This document shows positions 21,690-32,161 of a DNA stretch of 64,000 nucleotides, piece by piece; position 1 is the stretch's first letter; each line of letters begins with the position of its first letter. The notes beneath the pieces are model-generated. The model saw only the letters and a program-made list of their open reading frames with translations. It was not told where the DNA came from and did no database searches. Source of the stretch: Bdellovibrionales bacterium. GTDB lineage: Bacteria; Bdellovibrionota; Bdellovibrionia; Bdellovibrionales; JAUICD01. The translations under genes and the position numbers were made by a program. The stretch covers positions 2,272,001 through 2,336,000 of the forward strand of contig OZ241865.1 of the NCBI GenBank assembly GCA_965203275.1. The letters run 5' to 3'.

Positions 21690-22003
21690 TGCCGGTTTAG
21701 CTCACTCAAAGTGGCCTGTTTCACTAAAAGTAAACCAGCCGTTTGGTTCACTCAAAGTGGTCTAGCCTCTGGCTACTTTTGGGCAATGACCGCAAAGGCT
21801 TTCGCCTTTGACAAAATGGTCATTGCCTCAAAAGCCTGACCACTTTTAGTAGGAAGGATCCTTTCCTCTTTTGACACGATGTTAAGGAAAAAGATCTCCT
21901 TCTGATGCCGGGTTGCCGGATCCCGGATCCCAGATCCCGGGATCCCAGATCCCGGGATCCCAGATCCCGGGATCCCAGATCCCGGGATCCCGGAGGGAGG
22001 ATC
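21690..22003 (+). repeat. Family A repeat cluster plus 4x15-nt tandem GGATCCCAGATCCCG
   Basis: Hairpin ~21750-21850, B palindrome, tandem copies 21925-21984. Confidence 0.9.
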
Positions 22004-22128
22004 TTTTTTTTTATATTTTCTTAGATTTTGCATAACTTTCAAAAATATATTGACAGGGAATTATTAATAGTGTAAGCCTCATAATAATTATGTATGAACA
22101 ATCATGAAACAAACAAGAAGGAGGACTT

Positions 22129-22806
22129 ATGAACCTTATAAATGTAAACATGATCACGGCATGCTTATTGAGTATGTTATTTAGTGTATTTGCTTTAGCA
22201 AACGAACCTTGTGGTGAAGGTGTTGAAGGCCGTTACCATCATGATGGTGGTGGGTTTGTAGCAAATACAGCTTGGGTAGATGATACAGCTTATGTAGGAC
22301 GGCTTGCTGCTGTTTGTAATTATGCTACAGTCTCTGGCTATGCTGAAATATCTGGCTATGCTATCGTATCCGACAATGCTGAGGTTTCTGACTATGCTTT
22401 GATCGATGGCAATGCTATGGTCTCTGACTATGCTAAAATATCTGGCAATGCTGTAGTCACTGATCGTGCTAAGGTCTCTGGTGATGCTCAGATCTCTGGC
22501 CATGCTAAGATCTCTGGCGACGCTCAGATCTCTGACTATGCTAAAATATTTGACAATGCTGATATCTCTGATGATGCTATGGTCTATGACGATGCTAGAG
22601 TCTTTGGTAATGCTATGGTCTATGGCATTGCTAAGATCTATGGCAGGGCTATGGTTTTTGAAAATGCTAGGATCTCTGGTCATGCTATGGTTTTAAGTGG
22701 AGGTATAGTCTGTGGTAATACTACGGTTAAATCTACACCTGTGAGACGGCATCTAGGTAGATGTGGGCAGGGATTAGATGGATATTTAGATGGTCTTAGG
22801 CATTAA
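22129..22806 (+). CDS. Secreted hexapeptide-repeat (left-handed beta-helix) protein
   Basis: Signal peptide; about 25 A-x-[IV]-S-[GD]-x hexapeptides; AGGAGG RBS. Confidence 0.85.
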   Translation: MNLINVNMITACLLSMLFSVFALANEPCGEGVEGRYHHDGGGFVANTAWVDDTAYVGRLAAVCNYATVSGYAEISGYAIVSDNAEVSDYALIDGNAMVSDYAKISGNAVVTDRAKVSGDAQISGHAKISGDAQISDYAKIFDNADISDDAMVYDDARVFGNAMVYGIAKIYGRAMVFENARISGHAMVLSGGIVCGNTTVKSTPVRRHLGRCGQGLDGYLDGLRH

Positions 22807-23215
22807 GTTTATACATATAAGACAGTATCTAGGTAGATACCTAAGGTTAGATTCCATATCCTAAGTCCTAGGGTAGGCAGGCAGAATTTGGCAATGAGGC
22901 AAATGCTCCTTTTTCACCGCCTATCGTTTTTTTATTCTACCTTAATTCTTTCATCCTTTGTAAGATACTTCTCATTAAATAATAAAGATGCTAAAACACC
23001 CTTCAATGTTCCCCTGGCGTTTAAATGATTTTTATCTTTTTTCAAAAATATGTGCTATCGCGTTAATATCTTTCATAACTATCTGAAATTACAATGTAAT
23101 TTTATTTCTGTATGGGCAGTGAAGGCTAAAGGCAGTAAGATTTAAGGTAAATAAAAAGCTAAGTAAAATCTAAAGGCGATAAAGTTAATAGCAATGAAAG
23201 CTAAGGTAAATAATC

Positions 23216-23662
23216 TTAAGGTATGAGATGAATAACTAGTTGTGAAATGATATTTGTGATCAGTCCAGCGACAACATCATCTAAAACGATGCCCATGCCA
23301 CCCTTGATATTTTTATCTATATAATTAATAGGGAAAGGCTTTATGCCATCAAAAAGTCGAAACAGCACAAAAACAAATAAAATCCAATGCCACTGAAAAG
23401 GCATGCCTGCAAAAGCCACCAAATATCCTACCACCTCATCAATCACAATGGTTTTGCTATCATCTTCTGCTAACGTTCCATCATGTAACTCAGAGATCAG
23501 TATAGCTAATGAAATAAACATCATAGTAGCCGCCAAATAAGTGATCGTCCCCTCCAGAAGTAACAAACAATAAGACAAGGGAATACCTAAAAGTGTACCA
23601 AAAGTTCCAGGAAATTTTGGCATATAACCTATGTAAAAACCTGTTGCTAAAAATTTAATCAT
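23216..23662 (-). CDS. pgpA: Phosphatidylglycerophosphatase A
   Basis: PGTFGTL, IVIDEVVG, FRLFDGIKPFP, GIVLDDVVAG. Confidence 0.95.
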   Translation of the reverse strand: MIKFLATGFYIGYMPKFPGTFGTLLGIPLSYCLLLLEGTITYLAATMMFISLAILISELHDGTLAEDDSKTIVIDEVVGYLVAFAGMPFQWHWILFVFVLFRLFDGIKPFPINYIDKNIKGGMGIVLDDVVAGLITNIISQLVIHLIP

Positions 23663-24046
23663 ATCAATACCATTTCACTTGTATCATAGCTTAAACTTAA
23701 AAAAATAAACTCAATTAAAAAAAAGTCATGCCTCATCTCACAGATAGCTGTTTGATTTTGCTACTTTCTAATAGCTCTAGCATAATTTCTTTTTTTGATG
23801 AATAACATTGATCATTCGTAGATCATATCACCTTATATGCTAACCCTACATAGATTTATTTTTCAACTATTTTATTTTGTCTATCTTGTCTATCTTAAAA
23901 TCTATTTTAAAAACTTCAATCTATTGACAGATCAGTTAAAATGTAAGATACTAAAATGGCAAGTATTCAAATATACTTGCATTTTAAAAGTGGTTTGACC
24001 AGCCACCTGCAAACTAAAAAAAACCATTATTAAAAAGGTTTTTACA

Positions 24047-27000
24047 ATGAAGGCAATGACCAGTCAAGAAATAGAAAACAAATTTGTTGAATTTTTTGAA
24101 AACAAAGGACACAAGCATGTAAGTAGCTCCTCTTTGATCCCAGAAGGCAAAGACTTGCTGTTTACCAATGCAGGGATGAATCAATTTAAAGATATCTTTT
24201 TAGGTTTAAAGATACCTTCCTACAAAAGAGCTGTCACAGTCCAAAAATGCTTTCGAGCCAATGACCTGGACAATGTTGGCAAGACCCCTCGTCATCATAC
24301 CTTCTTTAAAATGTTGGGTAATTTTTCCTTTGGTGATTATTTTAAAAAGGAAGCTATCGAATGGGCATGGGAATTTTTAACTCATCCCGATTGGCTTGGT
24401 ATTGATAAAAGCCGATTTTATGTGACTGTTTTTGACACTGATGATGAAGCCCTTTGGGAGCAAATTTGGCAAAAAGACAAAGAGGCTATCAAACGAAACA
24501 AATATGCATTTATTAAAAAAGATAAAGATAACTTTTGGGAGATGGGATCGGTTGGCCCTTGCGGACCTTGCAGTGAGATTTTTTATAGTTATGGAGATCA
24601 CGACTCTCAGAGTCAAGACTCTCAGAGTCAAGATGTAGAAATTTGGAATTTGGTTTTTACTCAATCTGACCGGCAAAAAGATGGCTCTTTAAAAAAGCTT
24701 AAAGGTGGGCCTTTTATAGATACAGGGGCCGGATTAGAAAGACTAACAGCAGTGATGCAAGGGGTGGAAAGCAATTTTGAGACTGATATTTTTATGGATC
24801 TCTTTGGCTATTTGTTAGAGGAAAAGGTCATTGTAGCTACAATAAGAGCTTGGAGAAAAGGTATACAACAACCAAAGAATGAATCAGAAGCAAAAATACA
24901 AGATGAAAATATTAGACAAGTTTTTGATACTTTCCTTAAGGATTTATCTGATCATTTACAATTAGAGAGTGTCCCTAAAATGTCTGAAGATAGTCTTTCC
25001 AGATGGTTCTTTATGGATTATATTGGAGAATTTCAAAATATATTTGAAGGAATTCTTAAAAAACTAAATACACCTAATCAAAGAAAGGCTTTAATTAATT
25101 TTTTATGTGAATATCTTCAAAAAGACAGAACTCTTAGAGAAGATACAAAAAACTATAAACAAAATTTACTAAAACAAACAATAAATGAAGATCAGAAAAA
25201 ACAAAACCGTATTGCCCTTTTAAAAATAGCAGATCATGCCAGAGCTATAGCCTGTCTTTTAACAGATGGGGTGACTTTTCCAGATGAAGGACGTGGTTAC
25301 GTGGCAAGAGATATTTTTAAAAGAATGTGCAAATGTTTAGAGAAAATAGGTATCAGTATAATTGCTTCAACCCGTTATTATATGCCAAAGTTGCCAGCTT
25401 CCTTAGAGCGTAATTATTATACTCCCTGTTTTCTAGTCAACTATTTTATAAAACCAATAGATATTTCTTCATCATCTGAAGAAAAAAAACAATATCGTTT
25501 TATTATGGATTCAATAGTTAATGAAACTATTCGGCATGCAAATAAAGATGAAATGAAAGAAAGAGATCATCAAATATACAGCAATCGAGAGAAAATAAAA
25601 GATAAAATAAAAGAAATAAAACAAAGTGAAGAAAAAATTAAAAAATTAAAAAAAGAAATAGAAGAAAAGAAAAAAGCACTTCAAAAAACAAGCAGTCAAA
25701 AAAATAAAGATGACAGTGTGTTAATCACAGAAGAAGAAATAAAAAAGACAATTAAACAAAATAAAGATGAAATTGAAAAAGAAGAACAAAAGATAAAAAC
25801 AAATGCAGGGCCAATTCAAAAAGTAGAAAAAGAAATAGAAGAAAAGGAAAAAGAACAAACAGAGGACTTAAAAGAAGCTAAAGACGAAAAAATACAAAAA
25901 AAAGAAAATATATTCCATAAAGAGTTTGAAAAAGCATTTCAAAATCAAATACCATCACCGGAAGCACTTGGAGCATTTGCCTTTAAAATCTTTGAAACTT
26001 ATGGCATCTCTAAAGAGGGTATAAAACAGCTACTTCAAAAAAGAGATATTCAATTGAATGAAGATTTTGATAAAAGCTTCAAAGATGCAATGGAAAAAGT
26101 AAAAAAAGCAAGCTCACAAGAATATATAACTTCACAGGAAGAACATCTTAAAAAACTATGTAGACAAGCAAAAGCTAGTCTTTGTCTTTTCACCCAAAAA
26201 CATCTTGAAAAACTATGTGAAAAAATAAAAGCTAGTCTTTCCATCCAAGAACATTTTGTGGGGTATGATACTTTATCAACTCAAACACAAATTTTAAAAT
26301 TATCTGATGGCCAGCAAGAAGTTCAGCAACTACCAGCAGGGCAAAAAGGGTTTGCCTTCTTTAAACAAACACCCTTTTACGCTGAATCTGGTGAACAAAT
26401 GGCAGATCAAGGGGCAGTTAAGAACTTATCACAAGAAACTCTAGCTCAAATAACAGATTGTCAAAAATATGAGAATATTCATTATCACAAAATCCAAATC
26501 AAAAATAACATCCTCAGAGTCAACGACAAAGTTATATTACAGGTCGATTCTGAAAGACGTGCAGAAACTAAAAAGCATCACACAGCTAGTCTTTCCATTC
26601 AAAAATATTTTGTAGAACATTTTGTAGGGTATGATCAGCTATCAGCTGAAACACAAATTTTAAAATTATCTGATGGCCAGCAAGAAGTTCAGAAGTTGCC
26701 AGCAGGGCAGGAAGGCTATGCCATCTTTAAACAAACACCCTTCTACGCTGAGTCTGGCGGACAAATTGCAGATCAAGGGGAAGTTAAGAACTTATCACAA
26801 GAAACTCTAGCTCAAATAATAGATTGCCAAAAGTATGAGGATATTCATTATCACAAAATCCAAATTCAAAATAACATCCTCAAAGTCAATGACAAAGTCA
26901 TATTACAAGTCCACCCTGAAAGACGAGCAGAGACTAAAAAACATCACACAGCTACTCACCTCCTCCATGCAGCTTTAAAAGAGAAATTAGGAGATCTTGT

Positions 27001-27817
27001 CACACAGCGTGGTTCATTGGTTGCAGAGGATCATCTTCGCTTTGACTTCACTCATTCAAAGCCAGTCACCCCTCAAGAAATATCTCAAATAGAAAAACTG
27101 ATCAACAATCAAATTGCACAAGCCCTGCCTGTAACGACCACTATTGAAAAAGTAGAGGACGCAAAAGCCAAAGGGGCAGTGGCTTTTTTTGCTGAAAAAT
27201 ATCCTGAAAAGGTACGCGTATTATCGATTGGTCACAACAAAGAATCCATAGAGCTTTGCGGTGGCACACATGTTAAGAACACCAGTGAAATTCAAGCCTT
27301 TGTCATTACACTAGAAGAGAGCATCAAAGGAGGTATTCGTCGGATCAAAGCCCTAGCAGGTCAATCAGCTATCAAGTATCTTTTAGAGCAGAGCAAAAAA
27401 CTCACAGTAGCTCAACAAGAAGCTCAAACAAAAAAGCTGACTGAATGGATTCGGCAGAGTCAACAAAACAACAAAGCTCTTAATAAACAAGTACAAAAAC
27501 TCACAGTAGCTCAAATCGATATTGACGCACTTGTTGCTGGGGCTACTGCAATAGAAGGCGGTCAACAAGTCAAAGCCATTTTAGAGATTAGTGATCGAGA
27601 GGCTTTAAGGCAGATCACCGATCGCATTAAAAATAAATTGGATGCAGGGATTGTGATTGTGATGGGGCAGGGTGAAAAGGGACCTTTGATGGTGGCAGTA
27701 ACTCAAAACTTAAAAGACAAATACAATGCTGTCATAGAGCTTAAAAAATACGGACAGGGAGGTGGTCGCCCTGATTTTGCTCAAGGCTTTCACTCCGTTT
27801 CTTTTCACTCAAAATAG
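24047..27817 (+). CDS. alaS: Alanyl-tRNA synthetase, expanded (1256 aa)
   Basis: LLFTNAGMNQFK, RHHTFFKMLGNFSFGDYFK, GPCGPCSEI, HHTATHLLH, ELCGGTHV, GGGRPDFAQ; carries insertions and an internal duplication. Confidence 0.95.
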   Translation: MKAMTSQEIENKFVEFFENKGHKHVSSSSLIPEGKDLLFTNAGMNQFKDIFLGLKIPSYKRAVTVQKCFRANDLDNVGKTPRHHTFFKMLGNFSFGDYFKKEAIEWAWEFLTHPDWLGIDKSRFYVTVFDTDDEALWEQIWQKDKEAIKRNKYAFIKKDKDNFWEMGSVGPCGPCSEIFYSYGDHDSQSQDSQSQDVEIWNLVFTQSDRQKDGSLKKLKGGPFIDTGAGLERLTAVMQGVESNFETDIFMDLFGYLLEEKVIVATIRAWRKGIQQPKNESEAKIQDENIRQVFDTFLKDLSDHLQLESVPKMSEDSLSRWFFMDYIGEFQNIFEGILKKLNTPNQRKALINFLCEYLQKDRTLREDTKNYKQNLLKQTINEDQKKQNRIALLKIADHARAIACLLTDGVTFPDEGRGYVARDIFKRMCKCLEKIGISIIASTRYYMPKLPASLERNYYTPCFLVNYFIKPIDISSSSEEKKQYRFIMDSIVNETIRHANKDEMKERDHQIYSNREKIKDKIKEIKQSEEKIKKLKKEIEEKKKALQKTSSQKNKDDSVLITEEEIKKTIKQNKDEIEKEEQKIKTNAGPIQKVEKEIEEKEKEQTEDLKEAKDEKIQKKENIFHKEFEKAFQNQIPSPEALGAFAFKIFETYGISKEGIKQLLQKRDIQLNEDFDKSFKDAMEKVKKASSQEYITSQEEHLKKLCRQAKASLCLFTQKHLEKLCEKIKASLSIQEHFVGYDTLSTQTQILKLSDGQQEVQQLPAGQKGFAFFKQTPFYAESGEQMADQGAVKNLSQETLAQITDCQKYENIHYHKIQIKNNILRVNDKVILQVDSERRAETKKHHTASLSIQKYFVEHFVGYDQLSAETQILKLSDGQQEVQKLPAGQEGYAIFKQTPFYAESGGQIADQGEVKNLSQETLAQIIDCQKYEDIHYHKIQIQNNILKVNDKVILQVHPERRAETKKHHTATHLLHAALKEKLGDLVTQRGSLVAEDHLRFDFTHSKPVTPQEISQIEKLINNQIAQALPVTTTIEKVEDAKAKGAVAFFAEKYPEKVRVLSIGHNKESIELCGGTHVKNTSEIQAFVITLEESIKGGIRRIKALAGQSAIKYLLEQSKKLTVAQQEAQTKKLTEWIRQSQQNNKALNKQVQKLTVAQIDIDALVAGATAIEGGQQVKAILEISDREALRQITDRIKNKLDAGIVIVMGQGEKGPLMVAVTQNLKDKYNAVIELKKYGQGGGRPDFAQGFHSVSFHSK

Positions 27818-28649
27818 TCTAGCCGTCTTTTGCACTAAAAGTAAACTGACCTCTGGTCACTTTTGGATAGCCAGCCCGACGGCTTTCGCCGTCGATCAAA
27901 GGCTGGCTACCTCAAAAGTCCGTTTACTTTTAGTAGGGAGGATCTCATCGTTTTTTGACATGATGTTAAGGAAAAGTTCCTTCTTACATCTTTTGCCTGC
28001 AAAGGCTTTCGCCTTTGACAAAATGGTCATTGCCTCAAAAGCCTGACCACTTTTAGTAGGAAGGATCCTTTCCTCTTTTAACATCATGTTAAGGAAACAA
28101 AATGCTTTCAAAATTATATTAAAAGAGCAATGCCTCAAAAGTCCGTTTACTTTTAGTAGGGAGGATCTCTTCGTTTTTTAACACGATGTTAAGGAAACAA
28201 GAAGTTCGTTTCTCTGGATTTCTTTGGAAAGGTAAGGAATTTAGGTTTGGAAATTAGATTTTCAGTGATTTCAGCTATTTTGGTTCACTAAAAGTAAACT
28301 AGCCTCTGTTTCACTAAAAGTAAACCAACCTCTGGTTGCTTTTGGACAGTTAGCCCGACGGCTCTCGCCGTCGATCAAAGGCTAACTGTCTCAAAAGTCC
28401 GTTTACTTTTAGTAGGGGAGGATCCTCTCGTCTCTTGACCACATGTTAAGGAAAAAGTTCCTTCTTACACCTTGAGTGTTGCCTGCAACGGCTTTCGCCG
28501 TTGACAAAATAGGCAACATCTAAAAAATCTGCTCATTTTGAGTAGGGAGGATCTCTTCGTTTTTTAACACGATGTTAAGGAAACAAGATGTTTGCTTCAC
28601 GTTGGCAAAATGGTCATTGCCTCAAAAATTTATGCATTTTGAGTGAAAC
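27789..28649. repeat. Large Family A repeat mosaic
   Basis: Begins TTTCACTC and ends GAGTGAAAC; at least two full and several half hairpins, multiple B palindromes and module C (28193-28272). Confidence 0.9.
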
Positions 28650-28844
28650 AACAATCGAAGGGCGGTGGGTGGGGTTAGGGAATTAGCTGTCAAATTCAAG
28701 ACTTAATGAGAATTGATCTTTAAGATAGTTCTTGATCATTATCTCTTAAGCTTGTAAGCCAATGCTTTGTTTTAATGTTGATAACCGATAATAAACCACA
28801 TATTCTTTGATATTATCCAAACTCAAGCTCCCACATTATGGATA

Positions 28845-29303
28845 TTAAGGCTTATTTTCTAAAAAATAATCCCAGTTTTCTTTATACTTTTCAAGACTCG
28901 ATAAACTCTTGTTTTCCGGCCACTCGTTTATGTCTTCAACCGGAATTATATAACAATCTCCATTATTGCTATTTACACCAAAGATAATATCACAATCTCT
29001 TTTTGTGTATTTGTACTTTTTACTTTTTGCCTTCCTATCAATTTGTGTTCCTGATCTGCTACCACCCGTAAAATTCAAAATGCCAGTTGAAGTACCTTTT
29101 ATCTGTATTCTTAAAAGTTTTGTCTTCTTACCAGAAATATCTATAATTGCATCATACCTGGCATTTGTTATATCAACCTTAGAACATGCAAAACCTGCCT
29201 TGATCATCCGGCCTATAGCAATAAACTCGTCTGAATTGCCGTTTATAGTTCTAAATTTACCCTTATCTATATTAGTTATGTTCTTTTTCCACTTGTCAGG
29301 CAT
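28845..29303 (-). CDS. PD-(D/E)XK endonuclease (probable restriction partner)
   Basis: GNSDE..A, RYDAIID, RIQIKG; overlaps the end of the C5 MTase. Confidence 0.75.
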   Translation of the reverse strand: MPDKWKKNITNIDKGKFRTINGNSDEFIAIGRMIKAGFACSKVDITNARYDAIIDISGKKTKLLRIQIKGTSTGILNFTGGSRSGTQIDRKAKSKKYKYTKRDCDIIFGVNSNNGDCYIIPVEDINEWPENKSLSSLEKYKENWDYFLENKP

Positions 29304-30286
29304 TCCTTTATTTCCTTTGCTATTTGGAAAACGACAGGAACAGACACACTATTACCTATCTGTTTATATAAATGTGAGTTGGCTATATCAGGTAAGAGAA
29401 AGTCATCAGGGAAACCCTGAAACCTTGCACACTCTCTAGGAGTTAGCTTTCTGATACCATATTTATCTTTTATGAGAGGAACGTTGTGGCCTCCCGTACC
29501 CATATTGGCCGTTAGTGTTGGACAAACGTCCGACTTATTTTCTCTTACATAGGTCCGCCTCCATTGATAAAGAATATTCGGATTTTTTATGTCTTGTTTT
29601 AGTCTTTTGTGAATAGAAAATCTGTGATAATAAAAAGACTCATCCTGTTTATTAGCTAACAAAATATCTTTTATTTTTCTTTTTAGCTTTATAGGTTGAG
29701 GGAATTTAAAGCACGATTGATGTAAAAACCCGACAATATAAATACGTTCTCTTGTTTGTGGAATATTGCCATAATCTTTTGTATTCATTATTTTATAATC
29801 AACACTGTATCCAAGGGTTTTTATGTTCTCTAACATTTGCCTTAAAATTCTTCCTTTATCTAAAGAAGCAAGCCCTTTCACATTTTCTAAAAGAAAACCA
29901 TCTGGCCTTTTTTCTTTTAATATTCTTTGTATTTCAAAAAACAAACATCCTCTTTTATCTTTTAACCCTCTTTTTTCGCCGGCATAACTGAAAGGCTGAC
30001 AGGGAAACCCGGCAAGTAAAATATTATGATCTGGTATGTCTTTAGATGGTATCTTTGTTATGTCACCGCTTGGACTTTCTTTGAAGTTAGCTTTATACGT
30101 CAGTCTAGCCTTTTTATCTATCTCACTGGAAAAAACACACTGACCACCGGCCGCTTCAAATGCTAGTCGCAAACCACCGATACCTGCGAAAAGATCAATA
30201 AACTTTAGCTTATCAGAATGAATATCTGGAGGTCCCATTTTTATACCGGATTTCCTTTTTGTTTTTATTGGATCTTTTTTGGTCAA
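29276..30286 (-). CDS. DNA (cytosine-5) methyltransferase
   Basis: DLFAGIGG, GFPCQPFS, ENVKGL, QTRERIYIVG, YKQIGNSV. Confidence 0.95.
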   Translation of the reverse strand: MTKKDPIKTKRKSGIKMGPPDIHSDKLKFIDLFAGIGGLRLAFEAAGGQCVFSSEIDKKARLTYKANFKESPSGDITKIPSKDIPDHNILLAGFPCQPFSYAGEKRGLKDKRGCLFFEIQRILKEKRPDGFLLENVKGLASLDKGRILRQMLENIKTLGYSVDYKIMNTKDYGNIPQTRERIYIVGFLHQSCFKFPQPIKLKRKIKDILLANKQDESFYYHRFSIHKRLKQDIKNPNILYQWRRTYVRENKSDVCPTLTANMGTGGHNVPLIKDKYGIRKLTPRECARFQGFPDDFLLPDIANSHLYKQIGNSVSVPVVFQIAKEIKECLTSGKRT

Positions 30287-30489
30287 TATTATTAAACTAC
30301 TATCTATTTCTATATTTTATCAAGAGATTTTTTTATTTTTTTTTCTTTCTCTTAAAAATCAAGTCCCTTGTGTGTGTGGGGAGGGGGGTCTAACACTTGC
30401 GAGGTCTTAACAAAAAAATATTTGAGTTTTTTGTGATGGTTATTGGCTTACAAGCAGTTGAGCTTAAAAAATGCTATTTGCCTAAAAAA

Positions 30490-30552
30490 AACAAAAGGGC
30501 TACTAGGCCCTTTTGTTAAAAAAACATAGGGACTTTAGCAATAGTCCCTATG
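30490..30552 (-). terminator. Two hairpins downstream of the pilin gene
   Basis: AACAAAAGGGC-tactag-GCCCTTTTGTT and CATAGGGACT-ttagcaat-AGTCCCTATG, flanked by A/T runs. Confidence 0.65.
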
Positions 30553-30589
30553 CTCATCATACTTAAACTTTAAAATTAAAGGATTATGT

Positions 30590-31285
30590 TTATTTATTTA
30601 AGCCATCTTGTGTGTTTGATACCTTCTTACCTTGATCAATTATCCATCCATCGTGATCAGTAGCAGTCGGTGAAGCCTTTAAACCAAGATAACCAACAGC
30701 TCCCACAGTGAAAGATATTTGAGTTCCACCATCTGCTATTTCTAAACCATTAGAATCGTAAGTACCACTACAAGTGCTTGTTCCTGCAGTCCAAGTGCAA
30801 GAGTTTCTTGGAGTATTAACCGCGGTTTTACATGTTGCCGCAGTGCTAGGCCCTTCACAATCTAACTTTCCTTTAAAAGCATCATTGGTATTTGTAATCG
30901 TAGCAAGCCAATCAGCACCAACGTTTGGAGTACCAGGGTTCGCTGATCTTGTCGGACCTCTATACCCATCAGGCAAATCAGCACTGGCCGCATCTTTACT
31001 ATCAGAAGTTCTAGCCTGAAAACCAACAGAATAGACTGGAGAATCTCCCTCTAAAGCAAAACCTAACTGGGCCATATCAGACGAAGCAAATCTCCATTCT
31101 GTTATGAATGACTTCTCAGCTACGTACAGACCACTTAATGCTGTTTTAGCCTCTGTTTGCATTGCTCGCTTTTGAAAACGACCATATTGTGGTATAGCAA
31201 TGGCGGCCAGTAGACCAATAATAGCCACGACGACCATTAGCTCGATTAAACTAAAACCTTTTTGATTCTTAATTAAACGTTCCAT
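30590..31285 (-). CDS. pilA: Type IVa major pilin
   Basis: Prepilin motif NQKG|FSLIELMVVVAIIGLLAAIAIP; ATG 31285 after GGAGG. Confidence 0.85.
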   Translation of the reverse strand: MERLIKNQKGFSLIELMVVVAIIGLLAAIAIPQYGRFQKRAMQTEAKTALSGLYVAEKSFITEWRFASSDMAQLGFALEGDSPVYSVGFQARTSDSKDAASADLPDGYRGPTRSANPGTPNVGADWLATITNTNDAFKGKLDCEGPSTAATCKTAVNTPRNSCTWTAGTSTCSGTYDSNGLEIADGGTQISFTVGAVGYLGLKASPTATDHDGWIIDQGKKVSNTQDGLNK

Positions 31286-31402
31286 AATAACCTCCACGGT
31301 TTAAAATAATTCAATTCAATGGACAAGCATTTTTTACTTGCCCTTCTTTACTCTTTAGTTAGGCTTGTTTGTATCTCCCAGATGCTTATTCCACCTAATC
31401 TT

Positions 31403-31740
31403 TTTCACTCAAAATGAACTGACCTCTGGTCACTTTTGGACAATGACCGCAAAGCCTTTCGCCTTTGACAAAATGGTCATTGTCTCAAAAGCCTGTTCAT
31501 TTTGAGTAGGGCGAATCTCCTTGCTTCTTACACCATGTTAAGGAAAATTTTCTTTCATTGCCTTAAAGGCAAGCATTTTGCAAATGAAACTCTTTTTCCC
31601 TAACATCCTGTCAAAAAATGAGGAGATCCTCCCTACTAAAAGTGGTCAAGCTTTCTAGGCGATGACCATTTTATCGACGGCGAGAGCCGTCGTGGTCATC
31701 GCCAGAAAGTAGCCAGAGGCTAGACCACTTTTAGTGAAAC
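31403..31740. repeat. Family A cluster with two hairpins in opposite orientation (MITE-like)
   Basis: Starts TTTCACTCAAAATGAAC and ends GACCACTTTTAGTGAAAC. Confidence 0.9.
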
Positions 31741-31777
31741 AAACCTAAACGACCTAGTGATTTCAATGACTTAGCAC

Positions 31778-31801
31778 TGTAACTTTTGTATAAAAGTCAC
31801 A
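31778..31801. promoter_or_regulatory. Palindromic putative operator, copy 1
   Basis: TGTAACTTTT-GTAT-AAAAGTCACA. Confidence 0.4.
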
Positions 31802-32122
31802 ATTTGAAAGAGTAAAAAACAGACAAATTTTTGCAAGAAAATTGTTTTGAAAAATAAAACAAAGCAGAAGTTATAAAACACCAATGAAAAATCATTGCTC
31901 ATTTTACTGATCTTATGTTTTTAAGATTGGTCAAGTGTTTCAAGATGATACAAAAATTCAAAAAAGTGATTCTTTTTGATACAAAATGTCATTTTTTTTG
32001 ATTTTTTTTAACAAAAATATAAAGTTTTATGTCATAATAAACGATAAGAATTGTGTTAGACGAAAAATTAGAAATTTCTAAAGTCGACCTAAAAAAGTCT
32101 AACAATTACAAACACTTAATAC

Positions 32123-32146
32123 TGTAACTTTTATACAAAAGTCACA
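32123..32146. promoter_or_regulatory. Palindromic putative operator, copy 2
   Basis: TGTAACTTTT-ATAC-AAAAGTCACA. Confidence 0.4.
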
Positions 32147-32161
32147 ATACTAACTTATTGG

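Noticed and set aside
22195..22696. Overlapping ORFs within the hexapeptide gene
   Set aside because: Alternate frames kept open by the 18-nt periodicity.
27762..28138. Small ORFs within Family A clusters (also 21773, 32507, 33947-34577, 57027-57778)
   Set aside because: Conceptual translations of non-coding repeats with no RBS or domain support.
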